Below are positions 1 to 10,496 of a stretch of 64,000 nucleotides of DNA, piece after piece (position 1 is the first letter of the stretch; each line of letters starts with the position of its first letter). The stretch lies in NCBI GenBank assembly GCA_046536795.1, contig JAWDMB010000002.1:40831-104830 (forward strand). The letters are read 5' to 3'. The notes under the pieces were generated by a model. The model saw nothing but the letters and a program-made list of their open reading frames with translations. It did not search any database and was not told where the DNA came from. This DNA comes from Candidatus Micrarchaeota archaeon (lineage in GTDB: Archaea; Micrarchaeota; Micrarchaeia; Micrarchaeales; CABMGC01). Both the position numbers and the translations under genes were made by a program.

Positions 1-1221
1 TATCTTCAATATACCGTTTGCTATGTTTGTATTGTTTGCAAGAACTATTTGGCTTGTTATGCTGCTATTCTGCTTGCTATAAGCATAGAACTGCATATAC
101 TCTGTAATGCTTCTTGTCTTGTTCTTTATGCTCGCACTTATGTTTATTGGTATAGTATAAACACCGGGCTTTAATGTTGAATTCGCTATGAAGGCTAACT
201 GCACAGCTATGTTTTCATTCGGCTTGATGAAAAAAGAGCTTGCAGAAATCTGCACAAGACTAGAGTATGGCTTTGCTACTGTAATGTTTACAAGCTCTGT
301 CGTGTTTGCTGTGTTTATAAGGCTCAGCTGCGAAAGTGTGCTTGTGCCAACGGAAGATGAAACAATGAGTGGTGCACTTACTAGGTTTATTCCAGGTATT
401 GGTGTTACCGGCTTTGGAACAGGTATTGGTGAAGGCTTAGGCGATGGTGTTGGGGTAGGCGAAGGCGGAGGTGGTACTGGCGTTGAAACTGTGAAAGATG
501 TTGACGCATGCGATGTGCTGTTTAATACTTCATGCCCAAGAATAGTATTATAGCTTGAGTAAACATTCACAGTATATAAGCCAGCAGAGGTTAGGTTTGT
601 TATTGTATAGCTTATATTCTCAGCCCCGCCTGGTGCAAGTGGGCTTGCTGTGTATATTAATTTAATTTGCTGCGGGCCAGAAATGCTTGTGTTAATTATT
701 ATATTGCTAGATGCAAGAGAACCTTTGTTGTAAAGGTCTATTTTAATCAATACGGGCGTGCTTGGGCTTGCTGTGCTTGGAAATGCTGATACGTTAGTTG
801 TTATAATTGCTGGACTTACTAGCTCAAACGCGCTTGAAGTACCTTGTATCTTGTAGCTCAGCTCTGTAAGGTTTAGCACAGCATAATATGTAGTATTAGC
901 AAGAGCGTTGGAGCTTATGCTAAGGCTCTGCTTTTCTATGCTTGATACATTGTAAAAAGCAACACGCTTTGAAAAGACAGATGTTGAATTCAGCTTGTTT
1001 ATAATGCTAAACGTACCTGTGGCATTTGGTATTATGCAATTTGCTGTTTGCTCTAATGAATAGTTAAGGCTTATATTAAGAAATTTCATATAGGCTGGCA
1101 GAACATTTATGCTTGCCTTGCCTGGGCAAACAACAGTAACAGTAGCTGTTACGCTGCTTGTTGCAGCAAAGGCTAAGCCAAAAAGAGTAAAAAAGGTAAG
1201 TATTATAGCGAGGGGCTTCAT
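1..1221 (-). CDS. Secreted surface (glyco)protein, partial; the 3' end runs off the window (at least 407 aa)
   Basis: I checked the minus-strand frame codon by codon: it is open from the ATG at 1221 down to base 1. It is missing from the ORF track, probably because the ORF has no stop codon inside the window. The N-terminus MKPLAIILTFFTLFGLAFAATSS looks like a signal peptide. There are many N-x-S/T sequons, and a Pro/Thr/Ser linker PVPPPPSPTPTPSPKPSPIPVPKPVTP is encoded around 390-480. Confidence 0.7.
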   Translation of the reverse strand, partial: MKPLAIILTFFTLFGLAFAATSSVTATVTVVCPGKASINVLPAYMKFLNISLNYSLEQTANCIIPNATGTFSIINKLNSTSVFSKRVAFYNVSSIEKQSLSISSNALANTTYYAVLNLTELSYKIQGTSSAFELVSPAIITTNVSAFPSTASPSTPVLIKIDLYNKGSLASSNIIINTSISGPQQIKLIYTASPLAPGGAENISYTITNLTSAGLYTVNVYSSYNTILGHEVLNSTSHASTSFTVSTPVPPPPSPTPTPSPKPSPIPVPKPVTPIPGINLVSAPLIVSSSVGTSTLSQLSLINTANTTELVNITVAKPYSSLVQISASSFFIKPNENIAVQLAFIANSTLKPGVYTIPINISASIKNKTRSITEYMQFYAYSKQNSSITSQIVLANNTNIANGILKI

Positions 1222-1374
1222 GCCATCAGTAATATTTAAAAATAAAAGGTTAAAAGATTTGCCATGTGCCTAAAAGTTTATCGCTTAGAATTTTATGCTA
1301 CATCTTTTTGCTTTTTGCAAATGTAATATGTCTTATAAAGTTTATTATTGCAATTATATTGTAATTGGATTTTT

Positions 1375-1692
1375 ATGCCAGATTCCATAGATGAAGTGCA
1401 GAGAGCAGAAAAGGAAGCAAAAGAGATTATAGCAAAGGCTGAAGAGAAGAAGAAAAAAATAATCGCAGATGCTAATACAGAGGCTAATTCTATAATAGCA
1501 AAAGCTGAAGAAGAAGCAAAGGTGCTTATAAGCAATGCGCGTAGCAATGCAGAAAATGAGATAGGGCAGAGAAAGAGCAGGGATAAGAAAGAAATAGAGC
1601 AGGAGGTTAAGAAGGTAATGAAAAAGAAGCTAAGCAAAAGCGATGCAAAGAAAATAGCAAAAGAGATTATGGAACATTTGCTGAGTGATTGA
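1375..1692 (+). CDS. atpH: A-type ATP synthase subunit H
   Basis: 105 aa from the ATG at 1375 (the ORF track uses TTG at 1348). It is a Glu/Lys/Ala-rich coiled-coil protein and the first gene of an operon in atpHIKECFABD order. Confidence 0.6.
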   Translation: MPDSIDEVQRAEKEAKEIIAKAEEKKKKIIADANTEANSIIAKAEEEAKVLISNARSNAENEIGQRKSRDKKEIEQEVKKVMKKKLSKSDAKKIAKEIMEHLLSD

Positions 1693-3570
1693 TTGCTAAG
1701 TACAGAACCGATGGAAAAGGTGCGCATGCTCTTCAGCAATAGAATAAAGGATAAGGTAATAGCGTATCTTCACGATAACGGCTTTATAGAAATTAGAAAA
1801 AGCAAGCTCAGCCTAAATGATGATGCACCTTCAACAGAGCTAAACGAATTATCTGAGCTTCTTCTTAGAGTTAACGGCTCAATAGAAATTATAAATGAGC
1901 ATATTGAAAAAAGAAGAGCAAAGCAGAAAATGCACATGCTAAAGAGGCTAGAGCGCAATAAACTTATAAGAAAGCTAACGCATTTCAAGCCCATAGAAAG
2001 GCTTTTTGAGCTTGACAACATTATAAAAGAAAGCGAAAAAGAGATAGAAAGTTTGGAGCATGCAAAGTATATAGCATCTAATTTTATAGGCATAGCGATT
2101 GACTTTTCAAAGCTTAAAAGCGATTATATAAGCTACAAGGCCTATATAGTTGCAAAGAAAAATGCAGATGCGCTTGAAGCAAGCCTTAACAAAATAAATA
2201 ATTTATATCTCATAAAGAATGATGTTGGAAAGGATAAGAACTTATTTTTCATAGCTTATGAAAAGGGCTTAAACATAGATGAGGCAATAAAAGGAATTGC
2301 TCTTGAAGAATTAGACCTAAGCGATAGGTATTTGGACTCCAAGCCAGAGCATGTTGTTGAAAAATGCAATAAAGAGATAGACAGGTTAAAAGAACAGATA
2401 AGCAAAGCTGCAAATGAAATAAGAGAAATGAATAGATATATGAACGAGCTCCTAGCATATAGGGAGATGCTAGAGATAGAGATAGAAAGAGAAAGCATTA
2501 AATCAAACTTTAAGAAGACAGATTATACATTTTTAATAGAGGGCTGGATTCCAAAGAAAAAGCTTAGCGATATAAGGAATGGGCTATCAAGGCTCACAGA
2601 TGAATTTGAGTTAGAGGTTATAGAAAAAGAAGAAGATGAGTTACCACCAACGCTTACAAATAGACCAAAGTTCCTGAAGCCGTTTGATTATATGATGGAA
2701 TTCTACTCAATACCAAGGAGTGATGAAGTTGATCCCACATGGATCTTTATATTATCATTTCCAATATTCTACGGTATGATGGTTAGTGATGTTGGCTATG
2801 GGATTGCATCGCTTCTGTTTGTAACGTGGATTACAACATTTACAGATCCGGATGGTCTTGTGTATAATGCGGCGAAGATCTGGCAGCTTGCTGCATTCTC
2901 AGCTATCTTCTTCGGCTTCTTATCTAATCAATACTTCGGCTATCAGCTCAACCAATATTTTGGCATAAACTTTGGAATTGATTGGATAAAGAATGTAACC
3001 ACAGTTCTTCTCGTTACTATTCTTTTTGGAATCGCCCAAGTAAGCCTTGGCTTGCTCCTTGGCTTTGTAAACAAATGGAGGCACGGCGAGAAGAAAGTGG
3101 CGATAAGCAAGCTAACCGGTATATTGACAATAATAACAGGGGTATTTGCTGTTGGTGGCGCTTTCTTTAACCTGGTAGGAGCAGGCGCTACGCTCTATTT
3201 TGGCATAGCTTCTATTGTATCACTTATAGCTACGGGTGCTCTAAGCGGCATAGAAGCAACAGAGATAACAAGCCTTATAGCACACCCACTGAGCTATGCA
3301 AGAATTCTAGGATTTGGCATGAGCAGTATAATTATTGCCATGTTAATAGATCAAGCTTTTACTCCAAGCTTGAGCCATGGTATATTACTGTTTATTTTAT
3401 TCCTTATAATCTTTGTAACACTTCACTTCTTGAATATGACCCTTGGAATATTCGAAGGACTTGTACAAGGAATAAGGCTTAACTTTGTTGAATTTTTCTC
3501 TAAATTTTATAATGGCGGAGGAATAAAGTTTAAACCGTTCTATTACAAAAGGAAATATGTTAAAGATTGA
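1693..3570 (+). CDS. atpI: A-type ATP synthase subunit I (membrane stator, a-subunit)
   Basis: 625 aa. The N-terminal half is a soluble coiled coil and the C-terminal half is polytopic membrane. It sits between atpH and atpK. The start is TTG at 1693 or ATG at 1711. Confidence 0.85.
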   Translation: MLSTEPMEKVRMLFSNRIKDKVIAYLHDNGFIEIRKSKLSLNDDAPSTELNELSELLLRVNGSIEIINEHIEKRRAKQKMHMLKRLERNKLIRKLTHFKPIERLFELDNIIKESEKEIESLEHAKYIASNFIGIAIDFSKLKSDYISYKAYIVAKKNADALEASLNKINNLYLIKNDVGKDKNLFFIAYEKGLNIDEAIKGIALEELDLSDRYLDSKPEHVVEKCNKEIDRLKEQISKAANEIREMNRYMNELLAYREMLEIEIERESIKSNFKKTDYTFLIEGWIPKKKLSDIRNGLSRLTDEFELEVIEKEEDELPPTLTNRPKFLKPFDYMMEFYSIPRSDEVDPTWIFILSFPIFYGMMVSDVGYGIASLLFVTWITTFTDPDGLVYNAAKIWQLAAFSAIFFGFLSNQYFGYQLNQYFGINFGIDWIKNVTTVLLVTILFGIAQVSLGLLLGFVNKWRHGEKKVAISKLTGILTIITGVFAVGGAFFNLVGAGATLYFGIASIVSLIATGALSGIEATEITSLIAHPLSYARILGFGMSSIIIAMLIDQAFTPSLSHGILLFILFLIIFVTLHFLNMTLGIFEGLVQGIRLNFVEFFSKFYNGGGIKFKPFYYKRKYVKD

Positions 3571-3588
3571 AAAATTAGTGGTGGAAAA

Positions 3589-3825
3589 ATGGTAATAGGA
3601 ATGGAAGCTGCAATCGCGGCAATCGGAGCTGGAATAGCAATAACTGGCGGAGCAATAGGAACAGGCGTTGCACAAGCAACAATAGGAGCTGCAGGTCTTG
3701 GCTTGATAGCTGAGAAGTCAAACCAGATGGGTATAGCACTTCTCTTCTTGGTATTACCAGAGACAATATTAATCTTCGGATTCGTTATAGCAATACTCAT
3801 AGTACTTGGTGCAGGCCTTATATAA
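3589..3825 (+). CDS. atpK: A-type ATP synthase subunit K (proteolipid, c-subunit)
   Basis: 78-aa two-helix hairpin. Helix 1 is Gly/Ala-rich (GAGIAITGGAIGTG) and helix 2 carries the conserved carboxylate in LPET. Confidence 0.85.
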   Translation: MVIGMEAAIAAIGAGIAITGGAIGTGVAQATIGAAGLGLIAEKSNQMGIALLFLVLPETILIFGFVIAILIVLGAGLI

Positions 3826-3834
3826 GGCGAGCTC

Positions 3835-4461
3835 ATGCCACTTGAAGCTATCGCAGATAGGATTCTAGAAGAGGCTAGAAAGAAGAGAGATTCTCTGCTA
3901 AGCGAGGCTGAGCAAGAAAAAGCAAGAATAATTGGCGAAGCGAAAGAAAAGGCGAAGAAAATACAGGAAGAAGCAAAAAAGCAGGCAAGCAAGATTGTTG
4001 ATGAGATTAAAAAAGAGTACCTCGCTGAGTTAGAGATCGAGAGGCATAATGCTATATTGACAGCACACGAAAGGGTTGCAGAAAAAGAATTCAACAAGGT
4101 GAGCAGAGAGATGCTTAACGAGATAATAAAAAACTACAAAAAGATATTAGATAGCGCTCTAAACAGACTAAAAGAGGAGGGTGTTGATGCAAAGATCGTT
4201 GCTGAAAAGAACTTTGCACCTATTCTAAAAAATCTCGGCTACATATTTGATGAATGCAGCAAGGGAGTATTTGCATTAAGCAACGATGGTAAGATAAGTA
4301 TAGATGTTAGCCCTGAAAAAATTATAGAGAATGAGAAAGAGCATGCAAAAAGCATGATAATAAAAGAACTCTTCAAAAGCGTTGAAAAGAAGGCTGGCAA
4401 GGGAGAAAGTAGCAAAAAGAAAGTAAATATGAAGAAAATGAAGCGAGAAGGGAGAAAATGA
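3835..4461 (+). CDS. atpE: A-type ATP synthase subunit E
   Basis: 208 aa with an N-terminal long charged helix (EEARKKRDSLLSEAEQEKARIIGEAKEKAKK) and a globular C-terminus. The call also rests on its position in the operon. Confidence 0.7.
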   Translation: MPLEAIADRILEEARKKRDSLLSEAEQEKARIIGEAKEKAKKIQEEAKKQASKIVDEIKKEYLAELEIERHNAILTAHERVAEKEFNKVSREMLNEIIKNYKKILDSALNRLKEEGVDAKIVAEKNFAPILKNLGYIFDECSKGVFALSNDGKISIDVSPEKIIENEKEHAKSMIIKELFKSVEKKAGKGESSKKKVNMKKMKREGRK

Positions 4462-5519
4462 GCTATATTGGCCAGATATCAACCAGATATGCATACTCAG
4501 CCACTAGAGTAAAGGCTATGGAATCAGAGCTTATCGCACCCGCTGTGATGAAGAATATAATACAGGCAAAGGATGTTGGCTCTATACTTTCACTTCTTAG
4601 CCAAACAAGCTACAAAAAAGAGCTAGAGCAGTTTGGCGGTATTAAAATGAGCAGCGAGATGATAGATTTTGCGCTTAGCAAAAATCTGGCCTTGAATGTT
4701 AGCAAGCTTATAACAATAACACCAACAGAAGACAAAGAGATTACAAGAGCAATTGCTGGAAAATGGGATATATACAATATAGAACTGGCAATAGAAGCTA
4801 AGTATAGCAAAAAGAGCTTTGAAGAGATAGCAAAATACATTATCGACTACGGCCCATATAATGCAAATGTTATAAAAGAGGCTTTCAGAGAAGCAAGCGT
4901 TGAGGGCTTAATTTCAAAGCTCAGCATAAACAGCCCATATAAAGATATCCTTGCCGAAGCTTTGGATGAATTCAAAAAGAGTGGTGACGCATTAAAAGCC
5001 AATATGCTTATAGACAAACTCTACTATCAGAAGCTCGGCTCACTTATGCGAAAGATAGAAGAGCTTAGCCCAGAAGCCGCTAAAATAATAAAGCTAGAGA
5101 TAGACATGAAGAATATACTAAACCTTATAAGGGGAAAACACTATGCTCTTAAATTTAACGAGATAAGCGAAAGCCTTATTAAAAAAGGTTCGCTCAGTAT
5201 AGAAGAATTGCAGTCAATTTATGAACATGCGAAGAATGAAGAAGAGATTGCAAGGAATGCAAAGGTTTTCGATTTATCGAATGAGATAGAGATTTATAAA
5301 AAGGAGGGAAGGCTTTTTGCTTTTGAGATAGGTATGAAGAATCAAATATTAAGCAAAGGAATAAAGATGCTTAGCCATACTTTGCTCTCGTTTGGCACTA
5401 TATTGGCTTATGCTTATATAAAGGGTATTGAAGTTCTTACGCTTAGGATTATTATAAAGAGCAAGCAGTATGCACTGCCACAAGAAGAGGTTGCAAGAAT
5501 GATATTATGGAAGGAATAA
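4458..5519 (+). CDS. atpC: A-type ATP synthase subunit C (d-subunit)
   Basis: 353-aa helical protein. Its ATGA start overlaps the atpE stop, and it occupies the operon position between E and F. Confidence 0.7.
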   Translation: MSYIGQISTRYAYSATRVKAMESELIAPAVMKNIIQAKDVGSILSLLSQTSYKKELEQFGGIKMSSEMIDFALSKNLALNVSKLITITPTEDKEITRAIAGKWDIYNIELAIEAKYSKKSFEEIAKYIIDYGPYNANVIKEAFREASVEGLISKLSINSPYKDILAEALDEFKKSGDALKANMLIDKLYYQKLGSLMRKIEELSPEAAKIIKLEIDMKNILNLIRGKHYALKFNEISESLIKKGSLSIEELQSIYEHAKNEEEIARNAKVFDLSNEIEIYKKEGRLFAFEIGMKNQILSKGIKMLSHTLLSFGTILAYAYIKGIEVLTLRIIIKSKQYALPQEEVARMILWKE

Positions 5520-5860
5520 AGGAAAAAGAAGGAAAGCTCTATAAGATAGGCGTTATAGGTAGCGAGATTCTTGGAATGGGCTTTAAGCTTGCTGGAGTAA
5601 AGGCTGTACGCATAGCAAGGGACGGCGAAGAGGCTGAAAAAGCACTTGATGAATTGCTAAACATGCAGGATATAGGTATTATTATAATTGCAGAAGGTCT
5701 GGCAAAGAAAATAAAGAGCAAAAGATTAAAGCACATTATCGAAACAAGCTTAATGCCTTTGATCATAGCGGTTCCAGACTATCAGGAGAAAGAAGAGGAG
5801 GTTGACACGCTAAGAAGGCTTGTATTAAGGGCTATTGGCATTGATATTCTTGCAAGATAA
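5507..5860 (+). CDS. atpF: A-type ATP synthase subunit F
   Basis: 117 aa with the typical core [19 protein letters not shown]. It lies immediately upstream of atpA. Confidence 0.75.
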   Translation: MEGIKEKEGKLYKIGVIGSEILGMGFKLAGVKAVRIARDGEEAEKALDELLNMQDIGIIIIAEGLAKKIKSKRLKHIIETSLMPLIIAVPDYQEKEEEVDTLRRLVLRAIGIDILAR

Positions 5861-5871
5861 ATGGTGGTTCT

Positions 5872-7665
5872 TTGGGCAAAATAGAAAAAATTTCAGGGCC
5901 TCTCGTAATTGCTAGCGATATGCTAGGAGCTAATATGTATGATGTAGCAAGAGTTGGAGAAGCAAAGCTTATAGGTGAGGTAATACAGCTTCATGGAGAT
6001 AAAGCGGTTATACAAGTTTATGAAGATACATCAGGCCTTAAACCCGGAGAGCAGGTTGCTACTACAGGCAAGCCGCTCTCTGTTGAGCTCGGCCCGGGCC
6101 TTCTTACAAGCATATTTGATGGCGTACAAAGACCTTTGGATGCTATTGCAGCAAAAAGTGGCGACTTTGTAGCAAAAGGGGTAAGCGTAGAACCGCTAGA
6201 CAAAAAAAGAAAATGGAAATTTATACCGATGAAGAAGAAAGGTGAGTATGTAAAAGAGGGCGAGATTATAGGGTATGTGCAGGAAACACCTCTTATAAAA
6301 CATTATATAATGCTGCCTTATGGTGTTGAAGGTAAGATAGAAAGTATAAAGGAAGGTAACTACACATTAAAAGAAAGTATTGCAGAGATAAAAGGAAAAA
6401 GCGATTATAGTATAACAATGCTGCAAAGAAGATCTGTTAGGACACCAAGTAAATACAGGAGAAAGATAAGAAGCGATGAACCTCTTTTAACAGGCCAGCG
6501 AGTTATTGATACTTTCTTCCCTATTGCAAAAGGAGGCACCGCAGCAGTGCCAGGCCCTTTCGGTTCTGGAAAAACAGTTATACAGCACCAACTTTCAAAA
6601 TGGTCTGATGCACAGATTGTTATTTTCATAGGCTGCGGAGAGCGAGGAAACGAGATGGCAGAAGTGCTTACAGAATTTCCCAAGCTTGCTGATCCTCATA
6701 CAGGCAGGCCCTTGATGGAGAGGACTATTCTTATAGCGAATACAAGCAACATGCCTGTAGCTGCAAGAGAGGCTAGCATATACACAGGCATTACAATCGG
6801 GGAATACTTTAGAGACATGGGCTACAACGTAGCTCTTATGGCAGACAGTACATCAAGGTGGGCAGAGGCTATGCGAGAAATATCTGCAAGGCTAGAAGAG
6901 ATGCCCGGTGAAGAGGCTTATCCTGCTTATCTTCCAAAAAGGCTGGCTGAATTTTACGAAAGGGCTGGCAAGGTAGAGACGCTTAGCGGCAAGATAGGTT
7001 CTATAAGCATTATAGGCGCTGTCTCACCACCTGGTGGAGATATTTCAGAACCGGTGTCACAAAGCACGTTAAGAGTTACTAAAGTATTCTGGGCTCTTGA
7101 CAAAGCGCTTGCTGATTCAAGGCATTTCCCAGCGATAAACTGGCTAAACAGCTACTCACAATATATAGATCAACTTAGCGACTGGTATAAGAAGAATGTA
7201 AGCGAAGAGTTTCCAAGCAAAAGAGCAAGGGCTATGGCCATATTGCAGAGAGAATCTGAGCTAAAAGAGATAGTGCAGCTTGTCGGCGAAGACGCGCTTC
7301 CAGATAGCGAGAGGGCAATTTTGCTTATAGGAAGAATGCTTAGAGAATACTTCTTGAGGCAGAGTGCATTTGATCCTATAGATACTTATACAAGCATAAA
7401 AAAGCAGGAAGCTATGCTGAGCTCTCTTCTTTACTTTGAAGAAAAGATGAGGCAAGCAATAAGCAATGGAGTAAGCACAGAGAAGATAGCGGCAATGAAT
7501 GTAATAAATGAATTAGCTAGAATGAAGGAGTGGAATGAGAGTGATGTTGAAAAGGAAAAAGAGAATATTGAGAAAAATATCGAGAGCGAGTTTGATAAGC
7601 TTATAAAAGAAGAGCTTGAGGCAGAAAAAGAGAATGAGGCAAATGCGGTTAAGCGGGATGAATAA
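5872..7665 (+). CDS. atpA: A-type ATP synthase catalytic subunit A
   Basis: 597 aa with Walker A GPFGSGKT and the motifs [16 protein letters not shown] and [10 protein letters not shown]. The TTG start is preceded by GGTGG. Confidence 0.97.
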   Translation: MGKIEKISGPLVIASDMLGANMYDVARVGEAKLIGEVIQLHGDKAVIQVYEDTSGLKPGEQVATTGKPLSVELGPGLLTSIFDGVQRPLDAIAAKSGDFVAKGVSVEPLDKKRKWKFIPMKKKGEYVKEGEIIGYVQETPLIKHYIMLPYGVEGKIESIKEGNYTLKESIAEIKGKSDYSITMLQRRSVRTPSKYRRKIRSDEPLLTGQRVIDTFFPIAKGGTAAVPGPFGSGKTVIQHQLSKWSDAQIVIFIGCGERGNEMAEVLTEFPKLADPHTGRPLMERTILIANTSNMPVAAREASIYTGITIGEYFRDMGYNVALMADSTSRWAEAMREISARLEEMPGEEAYPAYLPKRLAEFYERAGKVETLSGKIGSISIIGAVSPPGGDISEPVSQSTLRVTKVFWALDKALADSRHFPAINWLNSYSQYIDQLSDWYKKNVSEEFPSKRARAMAILQRESELKEIVQLVGEDALPDSERAILLIGRMLREYFLRQSAFDPIDTYTSIKKQEAMLSSLLYFEEKMRQAISNGVSTEKIAAMNVINELARMKEWNESDVEKEKENIEKNIESEFDKLIKEELEAEKENEANAVKRDE

Positions 7666-9048
7666 ATGAGGCATGAAATAAATTATAAAACTATTGAGAG
7701 CATTGCTGGACCGCTCGTTGTTGTAAAGAGCGTTAGGCATGCAGCGTATGGCGAGATAGTAAGAATAGAGCTCGGCAATGGTGAGTCAAGGCTTGGCCAG
7801 GTTCTTGAAACAACAAATGAATATGCTGTTGTGCAAGTATTTGGAAATACAGAAGGGATTAGCATAGATAAAAGCAGTGTTACATTCCTTGGAGATGTGT
7901 TTAGGATTGGCGTTTCAGAGGATATGCTTGGCAGAGTATTCAACGGCGAAGGAAAGCCCATAGATATAAAGGCGGGCGTAGCATACGATGAAAAATTTGA
8001 TATAAACGGCTTGCCTATAAATCCTAGCAGAAGAGCTATGCCTAATGATTTTATAGAAACAGGCGTATCAGCAATCGATGGCCTTATGACATTGGTTAGG
8101 GGCCAAAAATTACCCATATTCTCTGGTTCTGGTTTACCACACAATCAGCTTGCTGTTCAAATTGCAAAGCAAGCAAGTGTTAAAGGAAGCAAAGACTTTG
8201 CTGTTGTATTCGCTGGAATTGGCGTTACTTATGATGACGCAACATTCTTCATAAACGAATTCAGGAAAGCAGGCTCACTTGGAAGAACTGTGGCATTCAT
8301 TAATCTTGCAAATGATCCAAGTATAGAAAGAATTTTAACTCCAAGAATAGCACTTACAACAGCAGAATACTTGGCTTATGAAAAGGATATGCATGTGCTT
8401 GTAATACTAAACGACATGACCAATTATGCAGAAGCTCTTAGGGAGCTTTCCAGCGCAAGAGAAGAAGTACCGGGAAGAAGGGGATACCCTGGCTACATGT
8501 ATACAGACCTAGCGAGCATTTATGAAAGGGCTGGCGTTATTATTGGAAAGAAAGGTAGTATAACACAGCTTAATGTTGTTACAATGCCTGGCGATGATGT
8601 AACGCACCCAATACCAGACTTAACAGGTTACATTACAGAAGGCCAGATTTATCTTGATAGAAGCTTGTATAATCGTGGTATATATCCGCCAATAAATCCG
8701 CAGGGCTCGCTTTCAAGACTTATGAACAATGGAATAGGTGAAGGTAAGACAAGAGAAGACCACAGAGGTGTTGCAGACCAGCTTTATGGTGCTTATTCGC
8801 GTGCTGTAGAAGCAAGAAGCCTAAGCTCAATCGTTGGCGAAGAAGCTTTGAGCGAAATGGATAAGCTATACCTTAAGTTCGGCGAGAGCTTTGAAAACAG
8901 CTTTATAAAACAAGGACCCGATGAGAGGAGAGATATAGAAACTACATTAAATATAGGCTGGGATTTGCTCTCAATGCTTCCAGAAAGCGAGCTTACAAGA
9001 ATAAAGAAAGAATATATTCAGAAATATTATAGACAAAGCCGAAAGTAA
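7666..9048 (+). CDS. atpB: A-type ATP synthase subunit B
   Basis: 460 aa with typical B-subunit blocks ([54 protein letters not shown]). The start directly abuts the atpA stop. Confidence 0.97.
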   Translation: MRHEINYKTIESIAGPLVVVKSVRHAAYGEIVRIELGNGESRLGQVLETTNEYAVVQVFGNTEGISIDKSSVTFLGDVFRIGVSEDMLGRVFNGEGKPIDIKAGVAYDEKFDINGLPINPSRRAMPNDFIETGVSAIDGLMTLVRGQKLPIFSGSGLPHNQLAVQIAKQASVKGSKDFAVVFAGIGVTYDDATFFINEFRKAGSLGRTVAFINLANDPSIERILTPRIALTTAEYLAYEKDMHVLVILNDMTNYAEALRELSSAREEVPGRRGYPGYMYTDLASIYERAGVIIGKKGSITQLNVVTMPGDDVTHPIPDLTGYITEGQIYLDRSLYNRGIYPPINPQGSLSRLMNNGIGEGKTREDHRGVADQLYGAYSRAVEARSLSSIVGEEALSEMDKLYLKFGESFENSFIKQGPDERRDIETTLNIGWDLLSMLPESELTRIKKEYIQKYYRQSRK

Positions 9049-9057
9049 GGTGTTTAA

Positions 9058-9702
9058 GTGAAGATGCCTAATCCAACAAGAATGAATCTAATAAATCTCA
9101 GAAGAAGCATAGCGCTTGCTAAGAAAGGGCATAGCATACTAAAGAAGAAGAGGGAAGTTCTCGTAATGGAGTTTCTAAGGCTTCTACAATATTCAAAAGC
9201 GGATAGGGCTTATTTGTATAACATGCTGCAGAATGCCTATAAAAGTGTTGCAATAGCCTCTACTTATATTGGAAATTTTGAGCTTGAAACAATAGCATCA
9301 CACATAACAGAAGCTTATCCAATAAAGATAAGCCTTAAGAACATAATGGGCGTGAATGTACCAGAGATAAGCAAAGCCGGCAAAGAGAGCATTAATCTTT
9401 TAGAAAGAGGCTACAGCCTTATAACAACAAGCACAGCAGTAGATGATGTAAGCGATGAATTCCAAAAGGTTGAAGATGCAATTATAGAAATAGCAAAAAG
9501 GGAGCAGAGCCTAAAAAGGATTGTTGTAGAAATAGATAAAACAAAAAGAAGGGTAAATGCGCTAGAGTATGTGCGCATACCTGAACTAAATGCACAAGCC
9601 AAATATATATCGATGAGGCTAGAGGAAATGGATAGAGATATGTTCTCGGCGCTTAAGCATATAAAGAAAAAGCTTGCAAAAGGGCAAAGGCGCTTAGCAT
9701 GA
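9058..9702 (+). CDS. atpD: A-type ATP synthase subunit D (central stalk)
   Basis: 214 aa with the N-terminal PTRMNLINLRRSIALAKKGHSILKKKREVL pattern typical of V/A-type D subunits. The start is GTG at 9058 or ATG at 9064. Confidence 0.85.
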   Translation: MKMPNPTRMNLINLRRSIALAKKGHSILKKKREVLVMEFLRLLQYSKADRAYLYNMLQNAYKSVAIASTYIGNFELETIASHITEAYPIKISLKNIMGVNVPEISKAGKESINLLERGYSLITTSTAVDDVSDEFQKVEDAIIEIAKREQSLKRIVVEIDKTKRRVNALEYVRIPELNAQAKYISMRLEEMDRDMFSALKHIKKKLAKGQRRLA

Positions 9703-10364
9703 TAGCGTGCCTTTTCAGTGGCGGCAAAGATTCAACACTTGCATTGCACAAAGCATATGAGCTAGGCATAAAGGCAGAGCTTCTTATTACCTTCAAAAGT
9801 GAAAATCCGAATAGCTATATGTTTCATTATCCGAATGTAGAACAAACAAAGCTTCAAGCAGAGGCGCTTGGAATAAGACAGGTTTTTGTAGATACAAAAG
9901 GTGTAAAAGAGGAAGAGCTAAAAGACCTAGAGAAGGCGCTTAAGGAAAATAATGTTACTACAATAATTACTGGTGCAACATATAGTAGGTATCAGGCTGA
10001 TAGGATAAACAAGATAGCTAATGAGCTTGGCATAGAGCATGTTGCACCGCTTTGGCATATTGATCCATTAGCTGAACTTAATGAAATAGCAGAGAGGTAC
10101 AATGCAATAATAACATCTGTTTCTGCAGAAGGCTTAAGCACTGATCTGCTAGGTAAAAGAATAGATAAAGATGTTATAAAAGAGCTGGAATTAGCAAATA
10201 AAAAATATGGAGTTAACATGCTCTTTGAAGGCGGTGAAGCAGAGAGCTTTGTTTTAGACGCTCCACTCTTCAAGAAAAAAATAAACATCAGAAATGCAGA
10301 AAAGAAGATAGAAGGAATGAACGGCGTATATATTATAAAAGAAGCGGAGCTTATCGAAAAGTAA
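9699..10364 (+). CDS. dph6: Diphthine-ammonia ligase (Dph6, MJ0570-type PP-loop ATPase)
   Basis: 221 aa with the PP-loop SGGKDS at residues 7-12. Its ATGA start overlaps the atpD stop. Confidence 0.75.
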   Translation: MIACLFSGGKDSTLALHKAYELGIKAELLITFKSENPNSYMFHYPNVEQTKLQAEALGIRQVFVDTKGVKEEELKDLEKALKENNVTTIITGATYSRYQADRINKIANELGIEHVAPLWHIDPLAELNEIAERYNAIITSVSAEGLSTDLLGKRIDKDVIKELELANKKYGVNMLFEGGEAESFVLDAPLFKKKINIRNAEKKIEGMNGVYIIKEAELIEK

Positions 10365-10425
10365 ATCACAAAAAGAATTAATAAAGCAAAAATATAAATA
10401 ATACTTTACCATAAGAATTTGATGC

Positions 10426-10496
10426 GGAGGCATAGTCTAATGGTAGGACGTCACCCTTACACGGTGAAGATCTGGGTTCGATTCCCTGTGCCTCCA
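10426..10496 (+). tRNA. tRNA-Val (anticodon UAC)
   Basis: Cloverleaf folded by hand. The acceptor stem is GGAGGCA/TGCCTCC and the D arm is GTCT..GGAC. The anticodon stem is TCACC/GGTGA with loop CTTACAC. The T arm is CTGGG-TTCGATT-CCCTG with one U-U mismatch. CCA is not encoded. Confidence 0.8.

Noticed and set aside
188-553. 121-aa plus-strand ORF with a Gly-rich segment (GIGVTGFGTGIGEGLGDGVGVGEGGGGTG)
   Set aside because: It is the antisense shadow of the Pro/Thr linker of the long minus-strand secreted protein. That protein has a signal peptide and an unbroken frame across 1-1221.
1293-4097. Several long minus-strand ORFs (1293-1739, 1770-2093, 2256-2498, 3397-3675, 3543-4097) opposite atpH, atpI, atpK and atpE
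   Set aside because: They are low-complexity Ser/Leu/Phe-rich translations lying antisense to well-supported ATP synthase genes. These are typical shadow ORFs of Lys/Glu-rich coding DNA.
7480-7665. Glu/Lys-rich C-terminal tail of AtpA as an unusual extension
   Set aside because: The total length (597 aa) is within the normal range for archaeal A subunits, and the tail is simply a charged terminal helix. There is no evidence for an added domain or an intein.
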